A DNA stretch of 64,000 nt from an uncultured Eubacteriales bacterium (GTDB lineage Bacteria; Bacillota; Clostridia; Oscillospirales; Acutalibacteraceae): positions 17,159 to 81,158 of the forward strand of contig CAZSYK010000001.1 in NCBI GenBank assembly GCA_964610685.1, read 5' to 3'. The notes under the pieces were generated by a model. The model saw nothing but the letters and a program-made list of their open reading frames with translations. It searched no databases and had not been told where the DNA came from. Shown here piece after piece: positions 29,108 through 37,981 of the stretch. Position 1 is the first letter of the stretch; the number at the start of each line of letters is the position of its first letter. Both the position numbers and the translations under genes were made by a program.

Positions 29108-29147
29108 ATAAAACAACCTCAAACAGTAAATATACTTGTTTGAGGTT
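29108..29147 (-). terminator. intrinsic terminator downstream of the small Pro/Ala-repeat protein gene
   Basis: 11-bp stem aacctcaaaca / tgtttgaggtt, followed on the minus strand by gttttatctt. Confidence 0.6.
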
Positions 29148-29176
29148 ATAATAGTTAGTTATTGTTGTTTGATTTG

Positions 29177-29695
29177 TTAATCAATATTGAATACTGCCCT
29201 GTACTGAGCTAGAGTAAGACCCTTTTTGGTTGCCTCGTTTTTTTCTTTAGCTTTTTCATCTGTTTCTGCTTTGCGTCGGGCTTCTGCTGCTCTTAATTCT
29301 TTGATTCTGTTGCTTCTCCTTGGGCTTCTTTCTTTAGCTGGTGCTTCAGCCGCTGGTGCTGCTGTTCCTGTTAGAACTGCTGTGGTTGTTTCTGTTGGAG
29401 CCGGTGCTGAAACCTCTGGTGCTATTGTTGCTGCTGGAGCCGGTGCCGGAACTTCCAGCGTTGTTACTGCTGCTGGAGGAGCCGGTGCTGGAATCTCCGG
29501 TGTTGTCGCTGCTGCTGGAGCCGGTGCTGGAACCTCCGGTGTTGTCGCTGTTGATGGGTGTCTGAAGTTGGGTATGCCGTTATTGTGGTAGTAATTGCGG
29601 GCACCTACGAATGTTGCCATTGCTGCTAACGCTGCTGTTACTACGGCTGTAGTGACGAGAGCATATTTTGTGTATAATTCTCGAATGCTTATCAT
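29177..29695 (-). CDS. small membrane-anchored Pro/Ala/Thr-repeat protein (paralogue 1), unknown function
   Basis: The ATG at 29695 follows SD AAAGGAGAAA. One TM segment (TTAVVTAALAAMATFVGA), the motif RNYYHNNGIPNFRH, four repeats of about 13 aa (TTPEVPAPAPAAA) and a basic K/E/R tail. Confidence 0.7.
   Translation of the reverse strand: MISIRELYTKYALVTTAVVTAALAAMATFVGARNYYHNNGIPNFRHPSTATTPEVPAPAPAAATTPEIPAPAPPAAVTTLEVPAPAPAATIAPEVSAPAPTETTTAVLTGTAAPAAEAPAKERSPRRSNRIKELRAAEARRKAETDEKAKEKNEATKKGLTLAQYRAVFNID
29387..29545 (-). repeat. in-frame tandem repeat, 4 units of 39-42 nt
   Basis: Encodes TTPEVPAPAPAAA / TTPEIPAPAPPAAV / TTLEVPAPAPAAT / IAPEVSAPAPTET. It is GC-rich relative to its surroundings. 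Confidence 0.75.
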
Positions 29696-29896
29696 AATTA
29701 TTTTCTCCTTTAAACCCAATTTAAACAGTTATGTAAATTTTATGAAATCTATACTTAATATTACCATGATTTTTTTTAAAAATCAATTACAAAAATAAAA
29801 ATTGCATGCGAAAATGTTACATCGTAAGCATTAGTTACATTAATTGAGGTGATTATATGTAGATAATCATTTTTGATTATGTAACTTTGGCAATTC

Positions 29897-30865
29897 TTAT
29901 ATATCCCAGATGCATTTTTCGAGTTTTTGATTTTCGCATTTGGGATATTCCATGCCTAAATTTATAAATAATTCTCTTGCTGCATTATACCCGAGTTTAC
30001 GTTGTCGATTATTCATTGCGGCAACTTCGATGATCACCGCCAGATTTCTTCCCGGTTTTACGGGAACATTAATGAACGGAACCTTTACCCCTAATATTTC
30101 AGTATATTTAGATTCTGCTCCCATACGATCATAATTTTTGTCTTCTTTCCAGGTCTCGATGTTTACAACCATGTCTATGGTTTCGGTAAGCTTTACGGCT
30201 CCTATTCCGAATATTCTTCGAGCATTTATTATTCCAATTCCTCTGACTTCAATAAAATGACGTATATTCTCAGGAGCTGCACCTATTAAGGTATTTTTAG
30301 GTATTTTTCTTATCTCCACTAAATCATCCGAAATAAGTTTGTGCCCACGCTTGAGAAGTTCTATCGCAGTTTCGCTTTTTCCCACGCCACTTTCTCCTAC
30401 AAGAAGTATTCCTTCGCCATGTATGTTCATAAGACCACCGGAACGAGTGATTCTTGGAGCTAAATGGACGTTTAAAAAAGGAGTGAGTTCGGCGGTGACC
30501 TCAGCTGCCGTATCTTTAGAGGTAAGTATCGGCACCTTATACTTAGTTGCAACATCTATAATTTCTTTTATTGGTTTTATACCGTAAGAAATTATCAGAA
30601 GAGGAGGATGAAGCGAAAGTATTGCTTCGACGGATTTGTATATTTCTTCAGAAGACAGAGTGGAAAGGAAATAACTTTCACTTTCTCCCATAATTATAAT
30701 TCGTTTGTTATCAAAATGTTCAATTGGACCTATAAGCTCCAAGCCCATACGGTTGATGTCTCTTGATGTTATTTTAATTTTTTTGGGGTCTTCCGGAATA
30801 AGGGCGACTTCAAAAGATAACTCTTTTATAAGATCGGAAAGCTTTACATAAAATCCCGAATTCAA
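29897..30865 (-). CDS. hprK: HPr kinase/phosphorylase
   Basis: Walker A GESGVGKSE and the signature EVRGIGIIN. TTG at 30865 lies 7 nt after GGTGGTGA; the longer listed ORF runs through the upstream terminator. Confidence 0.88.
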   Translation of the reverse strand: MNSGFYVKLSDLIKELSFEVALIPEDPKKIKITSRDINRMGLELIGPIEHFDNKRIIIMGESESYFLSTLSSEEIYKSVEAILSLHPPLLIISYGIKPIKEIIDVATKYKVPILTSKDTAAEVTAELTPFLNVHLAPRITRSGGLMNIHGEGILLVGESGVGKSETAIELLKRGHKLISDDLVEIRKIPKNTLIGAAPENIRHFIEVRGIGIINARRIFGIGAVKLTETIDMVVNIETWKEDKNYDRMGAESKYTEILGVKVPFINVPVKPGRNLAVIIEVAAMNNRQRKLGYNAARELFINLGMEYPKCENQKLEKCIWDI

Positions 30866-30931
30866 GGGAAATTCACCACCTAAAATATTTATTTTATTAA
30901 AGTATAACACATGTGGTAAATATTTAGAATA

Positions 30932-30968
30932 CAATAAAAAACCCAATCAGATTTATTCTGATTGGGTT
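30932..30968 (-). terminator. intrinsic terminator after paralogue 2
   Basis: 11-bp stem aacccaatcag / ctgattgggtt followed on the minus strand by ttttttatt. Confidence 0.75.
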
Positions 30969-31012
30969 TGATTATAATCCAAATATTCTTAGTTTTTGGG
31001 TGTTTATCTTAC

Positions 31013-31282
31013 TTATTTTGCTTCTGCTTTTGGTGCTTCTGCTTTTGGTGCTTCTGCTTTTGGTGCTTCTTTTGCTTTATCTGCTGCTGCTGGAGCTGCT
31101 GGTGTTGTTGCTGCTACTGGAGCTGCTGGTGTTGCTGATGATGTGTGTCTGAAGTTGAGGATGCCGTTATTGTGGTAGTAATTGCGGGCACCTACGAATG
31201 TTGCCATTGCTGCTAATACTGCTGTTACTACTGCTGTGGTGATAAGAGCGTGTTTTGCGCAAAATTCTTGAATGCTAGTCAT
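31013..31282 (-). CDS. small membrane-anchored Pro/Ala-repeat protein (paralogue 2), unknown function
   Basis: Same SD context and the same TM segment plus RNYYHNNGILNFRH block as 29177..29695. The tail carries AAP/ATP runs and three APKAE repeats. Confidence 0.7.
   Translation of the reverse strand: MTSIQEFCAKHALITTAVVTAVLAAMATFVGARNYYHNNGILNFRHTSSATPAAPVAATTPAAPAAADKAKEAPKAEAPKAEAPKAEAK
31020..31066 (-). repeat. in-frame tandem repeat, 3 units of 15 nt
   Basis: The plus-strand unit gcttctgcttttggt occurs three times and encodes APKAE three times. Confidence 0.75.
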
Positions 31283-31475
31283 AATTAATTTTCTCCTTTA
31301 AAATAATTTTCTAAATGATCACATAAAGTATATGCAACCTGTATTTAATGATATCATACTTTTTTCATAACTTCAAGATTGAAAAAAGAAAAAAATGCCA
31401 CAAGATTCAAAAAATATAATTCCAAAAATATGAGTTTTCAACAAAAAAATTATCAGAAATATTGTTTTATAATCA

Positions 31476-32081
31476 TTATGTGATTTCACTTCTTCCGGAA
31501 AGAGCACGGGAAAGTGTGACCTCATCAGCATATTCAAGCGATGCACCTACGGGGACTCCATATGCCAATCTCGTTACTCTTATGTCAAATGGCTTCAGAA
31601 GTTTTGAAATATACATTGCCGTAGCTTCTCCCTCTACTGTTGGGTTAGTAGCCATAATTACTTCTTTCGTTTTTTCTTCTTTTATACGATTAAGGAGTTC
31701 TTTTATAGATATTTCATCGGGTCCAACACCATTCAAAGGCGATATAACTCCATGAAGAACATGATAAAGTGAGTGAAATTCTTCGGTTCGTTCAATAGCC
31801 GAAACATCTCGTGGATCTTCGACCACGCATATTATTGATTTGTCGCGCGAGTTATCGGCGCATATATTACATATTTCTTTGTCTGTTAAGTTGCAACATT
31901 TTTTACAGTAATAAATTCCCTTTTTTGCCGCTAAAATGGCATTCGCAAATGCCTGTGCCTTTTCTTGGGGCATTTTCAAAATAGAGTAAGCAAGTCTTCT
32001 TGCGGTTTTTCTGCCAACGTTAGGCAAACTTTCAAAATGTTCTGTTAGCTTTTCAAGAGGCGGGAGATAGTATTTATCCAT
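31476..32081 (-). CDS. recR: recombination protein RecR
   Basis: C4 zinc finger [16 protein letters not shown], Toprim ICVVEDPRD, and the dnaX-ybaB-recR gene order. Confidence 0.92.
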   Translation of the reverse strand: MDKYYLPPLEKLTEHFESLPNVGRKTARRLAYSILKMPQEKAQAFANAILAAKKGIYYCKKCCNLTDKEICNICADNSRDKSIICVVEDPRDVSAIERTEEFHSLYHVLHGVISPLNGVGPDEISIKELLNRIKEEKTKEVIMATNPTVEGEATAMYISKLLKPFDIRVTRLAYGVPVGASLEYADEVTLSRALSGRSEIT

Positions 32082-32082
32082 A

Positions 32083-32430
32083 TTAAAACAGTCCCGGAAG
32101 ATTCATTTGACCGGAAATACTTTGCATTACCGTTTCTTTTTCTGTATTTGCTTTTTTAATAGCTTCATTTACTGCAGCTATTATCATATCCGAAAGCATA
32201 TCAGTTTCTTCAGGGTCTACTACTTCGGGCTTGATGTCTATTTTTTGTAATTCGAGTTTTCCGTTTATTGTTACTTTTACAGCTTCACCGCCGGAAGTTG
32301 CTTCGTATTTTTTTTCTTCAAGTTCGGCGGAAGCTTTCTCCATTTCTTCTTGAGCTAATTGTGCCTGTTTGGCAAGTTTTTGTATGTCTTGCATTCCTGC
32401 TCCGCCGCTTTTGGGTAATCTCACTTTCAT
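32083..32430 (-). CDS. ybaB: nucleoid-associated protein YbaB/EbfC
   Basis: About 115 aa with a Q/E/K-rich N-terminus. SD AGGAGG and conserved position between dnaX and recR. Confidence 0.88.
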   Translation of the reverse strand: MKVRLPKSGGAGMQDIQKLAKQAQLAQEEMEKASAELEEKKYEATSGGEAVKVTINGKLELQKIDIKPEVVDPEETDMLSDMIIAAVNEAIKKANTEKETVMQSISGQMNLPGLF

Positions 32431-32444
32431 TAATATATTTCCTC

Positions 32445-33971
32445 CTAGTTTAATTTCAATTGGATTTTGCCTTTGTTAGCTGTTTCTATAAGTATATCGA
32501 AAGGATCGTTTTGCCGAGCATCGTTTTGATTTTGGTTTTCAGCGGTGTAGGGGCCGAGACTGTATTGCTTGCCTGTTATATCTTTTATTATTTTTTTGAT
32601 GGCACTTCTGTATTCGTTGCGCCGCAAAAGCTCGAATGCCAGACTGTTTGCTGAATCTATTAAAATATAGTTACCTTGTTCATACGCACTTGAATCTCTT
32701 AACGATATATAAAGTGATTTTAAAGATTTTTCGTTTTTAAGTGCTTCAAGTATTTGAACCCAACATTGAAGAGCGTTTTCGTTATGGGTCTGTACAAAAG
32801 TTTTAGGTGTTGGCAAAGACTCGGTTTTTTCTGCAACTACCGGAATTTGTGGTTTTTGCGGGGCGTTGTTTTTAATGTTATTAAGAATTTGAGGAGAATC
32901 TTTATTACTTTTAAACTTACTGCAAAGCTTTACAAGCGCGATCTCCATTTCAAGCTTTTTATTTGTTCCGCTGCACATGTTTTTATACGACTCCTGAAGA
33001 ACATCAAGAGAAAACAGAATATCTTCAAGATTTATTTTGTCTAAGTCGATATTTTGAGGTTGTGAGAAGTCGATCTCTTTAGTTACTTTGCAGATCATAA
33101 TGCGTCTGAAATATTCCATTATTTCTTCGCATAGTTTAAGCATATTTTTGGATTCGTTGTGCATTTTATCGATTAATTCGAGACATTTTGCGGGTTGATT
33201 GTTGCTTATAAAACTGATTAATTCCGATAAGTATTCGGTTCCTGTTATTCCCAAGATTTTTTTAACCGATTCCGCATTTATGTTATTGCCGCATGAATTG
33301 GCACACTGATCCAAAATCGAAAGAGCGTCTCTCATCCCGCCGTCGACCGACTCTGCAATAATTTCCGCGGCATTATCTTCAATTTTGATTTTTTCTTTCT
33401 CACATATATATTTTATTCTTTTAAAAATATCTTCGGACATTATTCTGTGAAAATCGAATCTCTGACACCTTGAAATTATAGTGGCGGGGAGTTTGTGAAT
33501 TTCCGTGGTGGCGAGCACAAATATAACATGTGCGGGTGGTTCTTCAAGAACTTTTAAAAATGCATTGAAAGCCCCTGTGGACAGCATATGAACTTCATCT
33601 ACAATATATACTCTGTATTTACATTTGGCGGGGGAAAAAACAACTTCTTCCCGCATTGATCTTATATTTTCAACGCCATTGTTGCTTGCGGCGTCAATTT
33701 CAACGATATCTAGCATATTATCAGATTCTATATGTTTGCACATATCGCATTTAAGGCACGGATTTCCGCCAACAGAACTGAGGCAATTCACGGCTTTTGC
33801 CAAAATTTTGGCGCACGAAGTTTTACCGGTCCCGCGCGAACCGGTAAAAAGATACGCATGAGAGATTCTTCCCGAAATCACTTCGCTTTTTAAGGTTTTG
33901 GTAATATGATCTTGTCCGCTAACATCATCGAAAGTTTTTGGACGCCATTTGCGGTATAATGCTTGATACAA
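32445..33971 (-). CDS. dnaX: DNA polymerase III subunit gamma/tau
   Basis: N-terminus MYQALYRKWRP when started at TTG 33971 (SD GAGGTAAGGA). Walker A GSRGTGKTS, DEVHMLS and zinc module CLKCDMCK. Confidence 0.9.
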   Translation of the reverse strand: MYQALYRKWRPKTFDDVSGQDHITKTLKSEVISGRISHAYLFTGSRGTGKTSCAKILAKAVNCLSSVGGNPCLKCDMCKHIESDNMLDIVEIDAASNNGVENIRSMREEVVFSPAKCKYRVYIVDEVHMLSTGAFNAFLKVLEEPPAHVIFVLATTEIHKLPATIISRCQRFDFHRIMSEDIFKRIKYICEKEKIKIEDNAAEIIAESVDGGMRDALSILDQCANSCGNNINAESVKKILGITGTEYLSELISFISNNQPAKCLELIDKMHNESKNMLKLCEEIMEYFRRIMICKVTKEIDFSQPQNIDLDKINLEDILFSLDVLQESYKNMCSGTNKKLEMEIALVKLCSKFKSNKDSPQILNNIKNNAPQKPQIPVVAEKTESLPTPKTFVQTHNENALQCWVQILEALKNEKSLKSLYISLRDSSAYEQGNYILIDSANSLAFELLRRNEYRSAIKKIIKDITGKQYSLGPYTAENQNQNDARQNDPFDILIETANKGKIQLKLN

Positions 33972-34010
33972 TTTCCTTACCTCGCTTAAAAGCTTAATAT
34001 TTCTTGTAAT

Positions 34011-34148
34011 CATGTAATTCAACATGCAACCGAATGAATTAACTATATCGCACGGAACATATTGTTTAATGCTGCTCGGTTCCCCGCCTGACATGGTTCA
34101 CAATCATCCGCCGGATAGCACCCATTCGGTTGCATGTTGAATTACATG
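34011..34148 (-). ncRNA. ffs: signal recognition particle RNA (small type)
   Basis: The minus strand reads GUCAGGCGG-GGAA-CCGAGCAGC. This matches the conserved domain IV pattern (E. coli GUCAGGUCC-GGAA-GGAAGCAGC) with a GGAA tetraloop. The element is closed by a perfect 26-bp helix (34011-34036 / 34123-34148). It sits immediately upstream of dnaX, as in B. subtilis. Confidence 0.8.
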
Positions 34149-34233
34149 CTTCTTGATTATCAATTATAATGGATTTAAAATTAGTATACAATATAAAAAC
34201 TCAAAAAACAACAGTAATATTTGTAAGGAGAAT

Positions 34234-35373
34234 ATGTGTTTGGAAATTAAAATAGCGCATTGCGCCGATTTACATATTGGTTCTCAGTGCTGTGGAGTAG
34301 GTAACAAAAGTGAAATCCGAAAGCATGAGATAAAAAACACTTTTTTTAAAATTTTAGATGTATGTCGCGATGAAAAAGTCCGGCTGCTTCTTATCGCGGG
34401 AGATTTATTTGATGACGTGAATTTGTCAAGCACCGATGTCCAAGATGTAAAAAATGCACTTTCAAAAGTGAATTTTAAAGTTGCGATTTCACCCGGAAAT
34501 CACGACCCTTTTACTACTGATTCTCCCTATGCTTCAAAGTGGCCGGAAAATACCTTGATATTTAAAAATAACAAAATAGAACACACAGAACTTAACGATC
34601 TTAAAGTAAGACTATGGGGATCTGCGTTTAAAGGAGCATACGAAAAACAAAACTTTTTAAAAAATCTGAATGTTGAAAAGAACAATAATTTCATTGATAT
34701 TTGCGTGATGCATGGAAACATTTCAAACTCGGATGAAGATATTTACTGCCCTGTTAAAATTTGCGACATTGAAAAAAGCAGTTTTGACTACGTTGCTTTG
34801 GGACACGTTCACAAGCGCAGTGAAATATGCAGAGCGGGCGGCACCTATTATGCCTACGCCGGGTGCCCTGAAGGAAGAGGCTTTGATGAAACGGGGGAGA
34901 AGGGATTTTACATAGGTACTGTTTCAAAAGGATATTGCGATTTGGCGTTTAAAAAAATTTGCAAGCGTACGTATGAAGTGCTTGATGTGGATGTTTCCAA
35001 CGCAGAATCGGAAAATGAAATAACAGGTTTGATTTTTGAGAAAATAAAAGACATTTACAGTGAATCTTATGCTGAAAACTTTTACAATATAACTCTTACG
35101 GGCTTAGTTCCTGAAGATTTTTTCATTGATATTTTGAAACTTGAAACTGAACTTAATGAAAAGTTGTTTTTCGCTAAAGTTAAAGATGACACCGAAACAG
35201 AAATAAATGTGAATAAGATAAAATTCAGAAACGATTTTAAAAGTATATTTATTAAAAAAATGCTTTTAAGAATCGAAAATTCAAAAAACGAACAAGAAAA
35301 AACAGTAAATAAAAACGCTCTTAAAATAGGTCTTAAGGCTTTTTGCGGGGATGTGAGATATTATGGTGATTAA
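34234..35373 (+). CDS. SbcD/YhaO-like metallophosphoesterase nuclease
   Basis: DLHIG, GDLFD, GNHD and GHVH motifs. The ATG follows SD AAGGAG. Confidence 0.8.
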   Translation: MCLEIKIAHCADLHIGSQCCGVGNKSEIRKHEIKNTFFKILDVCRDEKVRLLLIAGDLFDDVNLSSTDVQDVKNALSKVNFKVAISPGNHDPFTTDSPYASKWPENTLIFKNNKIEHTELNDLKVRLWGSAFKGAYEKQNFLKNLNVEKNNNFIDICVMHGNISNSDEDIYCPVKICDIEKSSFDYVALGHVHKRSEICRAGGTYYAYAGCPEGRGFDETGEKGFYIGTVSKGYCDLAFKKICKRTYEVLDVDVSNAESENEITGLIFEKIKDIYSESYAENFYNITLTGLVPEDFFIDILKLETELNEKLFFAKVKDDTETEINVNKIKFRNDFKSIFIKKMLLRIENSKNEQEKTVNKNALKIGLKAFCGDVRYYGD

Positions 35374-37981
35374 AAAAATAGAGATAGGCGGATTCGGCAA
35401 ACTTGAAAATTACAGTACGTGTTTAAAAAGCGGGACGCAAGTCATTTACGGACCTAATGAATTTGGAAAATCCACACTTATGGAATTTTTAAAAATAATG
35501 TTTTACAGCAAGAGAGGTGGAGAAAAAGCAAGCTCCAAAGACAAAATTTTGCGCCAAAGGTATACGCCTTGGTCAGGGACACAGATGAAAGGATCTGTGG
35601 AATTTACACATAAAGGCAATTTATATAAAATTCAAAAAGAAATAAACTCCGAATCCCCCAAAAAAGACGTTGTGCTGATTTTTAACAAATCCACGGGTGA
35701 AAAAATAACGCTTGGGAAAAACGAAGAAGCGGGGGAGCATTTTTTTGGTGTTGATATCAAAAGTTTTGAAAGGAGCAGTTATATTAAAAACATAGGGAAA
35801 TCAGATTTTGAAAAGTCTAAAGATTCCAAAGACAATAAAGACAGTTTATCCGATAAAATTCTTTCGAATTTATCAGATACAGCGGAATCCGATACGTCTA
35901 AAAGCTTGGTTACAAAAAGGCTTGATGAAGCAATAAAAGATTTACAACCGACAAGAGGTAACGGAGGAAAAATTTTTCAAACCAAATCTTTAATAAGTGA
36001 AATCAATCAAAAAATATTTAATTTGAGATCATTTGAAATCAACACCGGTGAGCTTATAAAAAAGCTTTCCGATATTTGCGAATTGCGCAAGGAACTGGCG
36101 TGTTTGCAAGCAAAAGTTGAAAATGCGGAAAGATTCCATAAGCTCTCAAAAATAAACCTTGTTATTAAGCTGATTGAAGATAAAGAAAAATATATCGCAA
36201 ACCTAAAAATGACCCGATTAGAAGCTCGCGATTTTATAAATAAAATGATGCTGAAAAAAGAAAAATCAAAAAATTGTATGGCTAAGGTGCGGGAACTGCG
36301 TAACGTGATGGATTCGGTTGATAGAAACATCGTCTCGATTTCGAAAGAAGACTTTGATTTTCTTAACTTGAAACTGCGAAAAAAAGAAACACTTGAAACC
36401 GAAATAAGAGAAATAAATTATGTTTTAAAATCCGAAAGATGTTTTTTGAACGAAGACACAGATTTCTATCGTTTAATTCACAAGAATTTTAATAAACGTG
36501 AATTATTAAGCCGGGAACTTGAAAAATTAAAAAAAGAGCAGGTTTTACTGGAAAATAGCGCAAAAGAAGCCGAATTTAAGTTATCGGTGCATGAAAAAGA
36601 GTTTGAAAAATTCTCCGCTGGTTTTAAAAAGAAAAAATTATCAATTACAGTTCTTCAGATAATCAATGTTTTTATTTTTATCATGTCTTTATGTGTTGGT
36701 TTTTTTGCCGGCGTGTTTGTTTTTTTCGCAATCTATGCGTTACCCTTTATTTTGTTTTGCGGGTATGGAGTTCGCTTTTTTAAAAAGAGCAAGGAAAATA
36801 CGCAATTATTAACCGAAGAATTAAATATGCTCAAAAAACATTGTGATGAGCAACGCGTTCTTGCAATTGGCGAAAACCAGTCAAAAATATCAGAAGTTTT
36901 AATTGAGATTGATAATCTTGAAAACAGCATACAAAAAACTTTGGCTGATAAATTGAAGATTACCGAATTAAGTTTATTTGAAATCAAAAAAACCATAAAT
37001 GAAATGTTGGATTTAAAAAATTGTTCCTCTGTTCAGGATTACTACGAAAAATGTGCCAAATTTCAAAGCATTTCGGAAATTCGAAATTCTTACGGTGCTG
37101 CTTTGGAGGAATTAAAAAACATTGAAAACGATTTTGTTAAAAGTGTTTCAAAATATCATAATGCAAGTGATTTTAACGAAGCTTTATCAATGTTTAAAAA
37201 TTTTACTTTTTTAAATTCCGAAATAGATCATCTTGAAGAAAAAATCGAGTGTGAATTAAGTACACTTGGGTTTGAAGTTAATGACGTAAAGGTTTTAAAA
37301 GAATATGCGGAAAATTTGAATTTGAAAGATGAAGTGGCAAAACTTGAGCCGGAGGAATTTGAAAAGATTAGTAAAAGAATAGAATTTTTAAAAAATCTTG
37401 GCCTGGAAGAAAAATACATTGAAGTTCAAAAAAATATAAAATCTCCTCCTGAAAACGCAGAAAAATTAAATGAAAATTTAATCACACAAAAAAACAAACT
37501 TTCAGATATGGAAAAATATTCCGAAAGTTTGCAAATTGCATTGTCTGTTATCGAGGAATCTTCAGATGAACTTCGTAAAAACTTTAACCCCAAACTTAAC
37601 AAAAGAGTTTCGGAGATATTTTCTTGCTTAACGGATGGTAAATATAATCAGATGCATGTTGAAAAAAATTACGGAATGTTAGTAAGCGATGACATGATAG
37701 ATCGCAATTGCGATAATTTTAGCAGCGGAACAATCGATCAAGCTTATTTATCGCTTCGAATAGCTATTTCCGAATTAATATCCGGCGAAAATAACATGCC
37801 GCTGATTTTAGATGATGTTTTTATGCAGTATGATGATGCCAGGCTTGATAAGGTACTTGAATTTTTGAAAAGTTATCCTCTGAAAAACGAAGATGATTGT
37901 CAGATAATAATTTTTACTTGTCATAAGCATGTCTGTGATATCGCATTAGATAAACAAATCCCGGTGATATCCGCATGCTAG
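35363..37981 (+). CDS. SbcC/YhaN-like AAA ATPase with long coiled coils and a central membrane hairpin
   Basis: Walker A GPNEFGKST, C-terminal signature FSSGTIDQ, Walker B PLILDDVF. A hydrophobic segment of about 45 aa lies mid-protein. Confidence 0.8.
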   Translation: MVIKKIEIGGFGKLENYSTCLKSGTQVIYGPNEFGKSTLMEFLKIMFYSKRGGEKASSKDKILRQRYTPWSGTQMKGSVEFTHKGNLYKIQKEINSESPKKDVVLIFNKSTGEKITLGKNEEAGEHFFGVDIKSFERSSYIKNIGKSDFEKSKDSKDNKDSLSDKILSNLSDTAESDTSKSLVTKRLDEAIKDLQPTRGNGGKIFQTKSLISEINQKIFNLRSFEINTGELIKKLSDICELRKELACLQAKVENAERFHKLSKINLVIKLIEDKEKYIANLKMTRLEARDFINKMMLKKEKSKNCMAKVRELRNVMDSVDRNIVSISKEDFDFLNLKLRKKETLETEIREINYVLKSERCFLNEDTDFYRLIHKNFNKRELLSRELEKLKKEQVLLENSAKEAEFKLSVHEKEFEKFSAGFKKKKLSITVLQIINVFIFIMSLCVGFFAGVFVFFAIYALPFILFCGYGVRFFKKSKENTQLLTEELNMLKKHCDEQRVLAIGENQSKISEVLIEIDNLENSIQKTLADKLKITELSLFEIKKTINEMLDLKNCSSVQDYYEKCAKFQSISEIRNSYGAALEELKNIENDFVKSVSKYHNASDFNEALSMFKNFTFLNSEIDHLEEKIECELSTLGFEVNDVKVLKEYAENLNLKDEVAKLEPEEFEKISKRIEFLKNLGLEEKYIEVQKNIKSPPENAEKLNENLITQKNKLSDMEKYSESLQIALSVIEESSDELRKNFNPKLNKRVSEIFSCLTDGKYNQMHVEKNYGMLVSDDMIDRNCDNFSSGTIDQAYLSLRIAISELISGENNMPLILDDVFMQYDDARLDKVLEFLKSYPLKNEDDCQIIIFTCHKHVCDIALDKQIPVISAC

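Noticed and set aside
29226-29798. Plus-strand ORFs of 121, 74 and 67 aa opposite the Pro/Ala-repeat gene, plus the 60-aa ORF at 30996..31178.
   Set aside because: They are created by the stop-free GCT/GGT repeat DNA and have no SD. The minus-strand genes have a strong SD, a TM segment plus conserved motif, and terminators.
30866-30946. The 5' extension of the hprK ORF (MGFLLYSKYLPHVLYFNKINILGGEFP).
   Set aside because: It runs into the terminator hairpin of the upstream gene. TTG 30865, preceded by GGTGGTGA, gives a normal HprK N-terminus.
29387-31066. Short tandem repeats (39-42 nt x4; 15 nt x3) considered as a possible CRISPR array or non-coding repeat array.
   Set aside because: The repeats are contiguous with no spacers. 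They are in frame within SD-preceded ORFs and encode Pro/Ala low-complexity peptide units.
33972-34094. The 5' extension of the dnaX ORF (MSGGEPSSIKQYVPCDIV...).
   Set aside because: It is not conserved DnaX sequence and it overlaps the SRP RNA. A TTG with SD at 33971 gives the canonical MYQALYRKWRP N-terminus.
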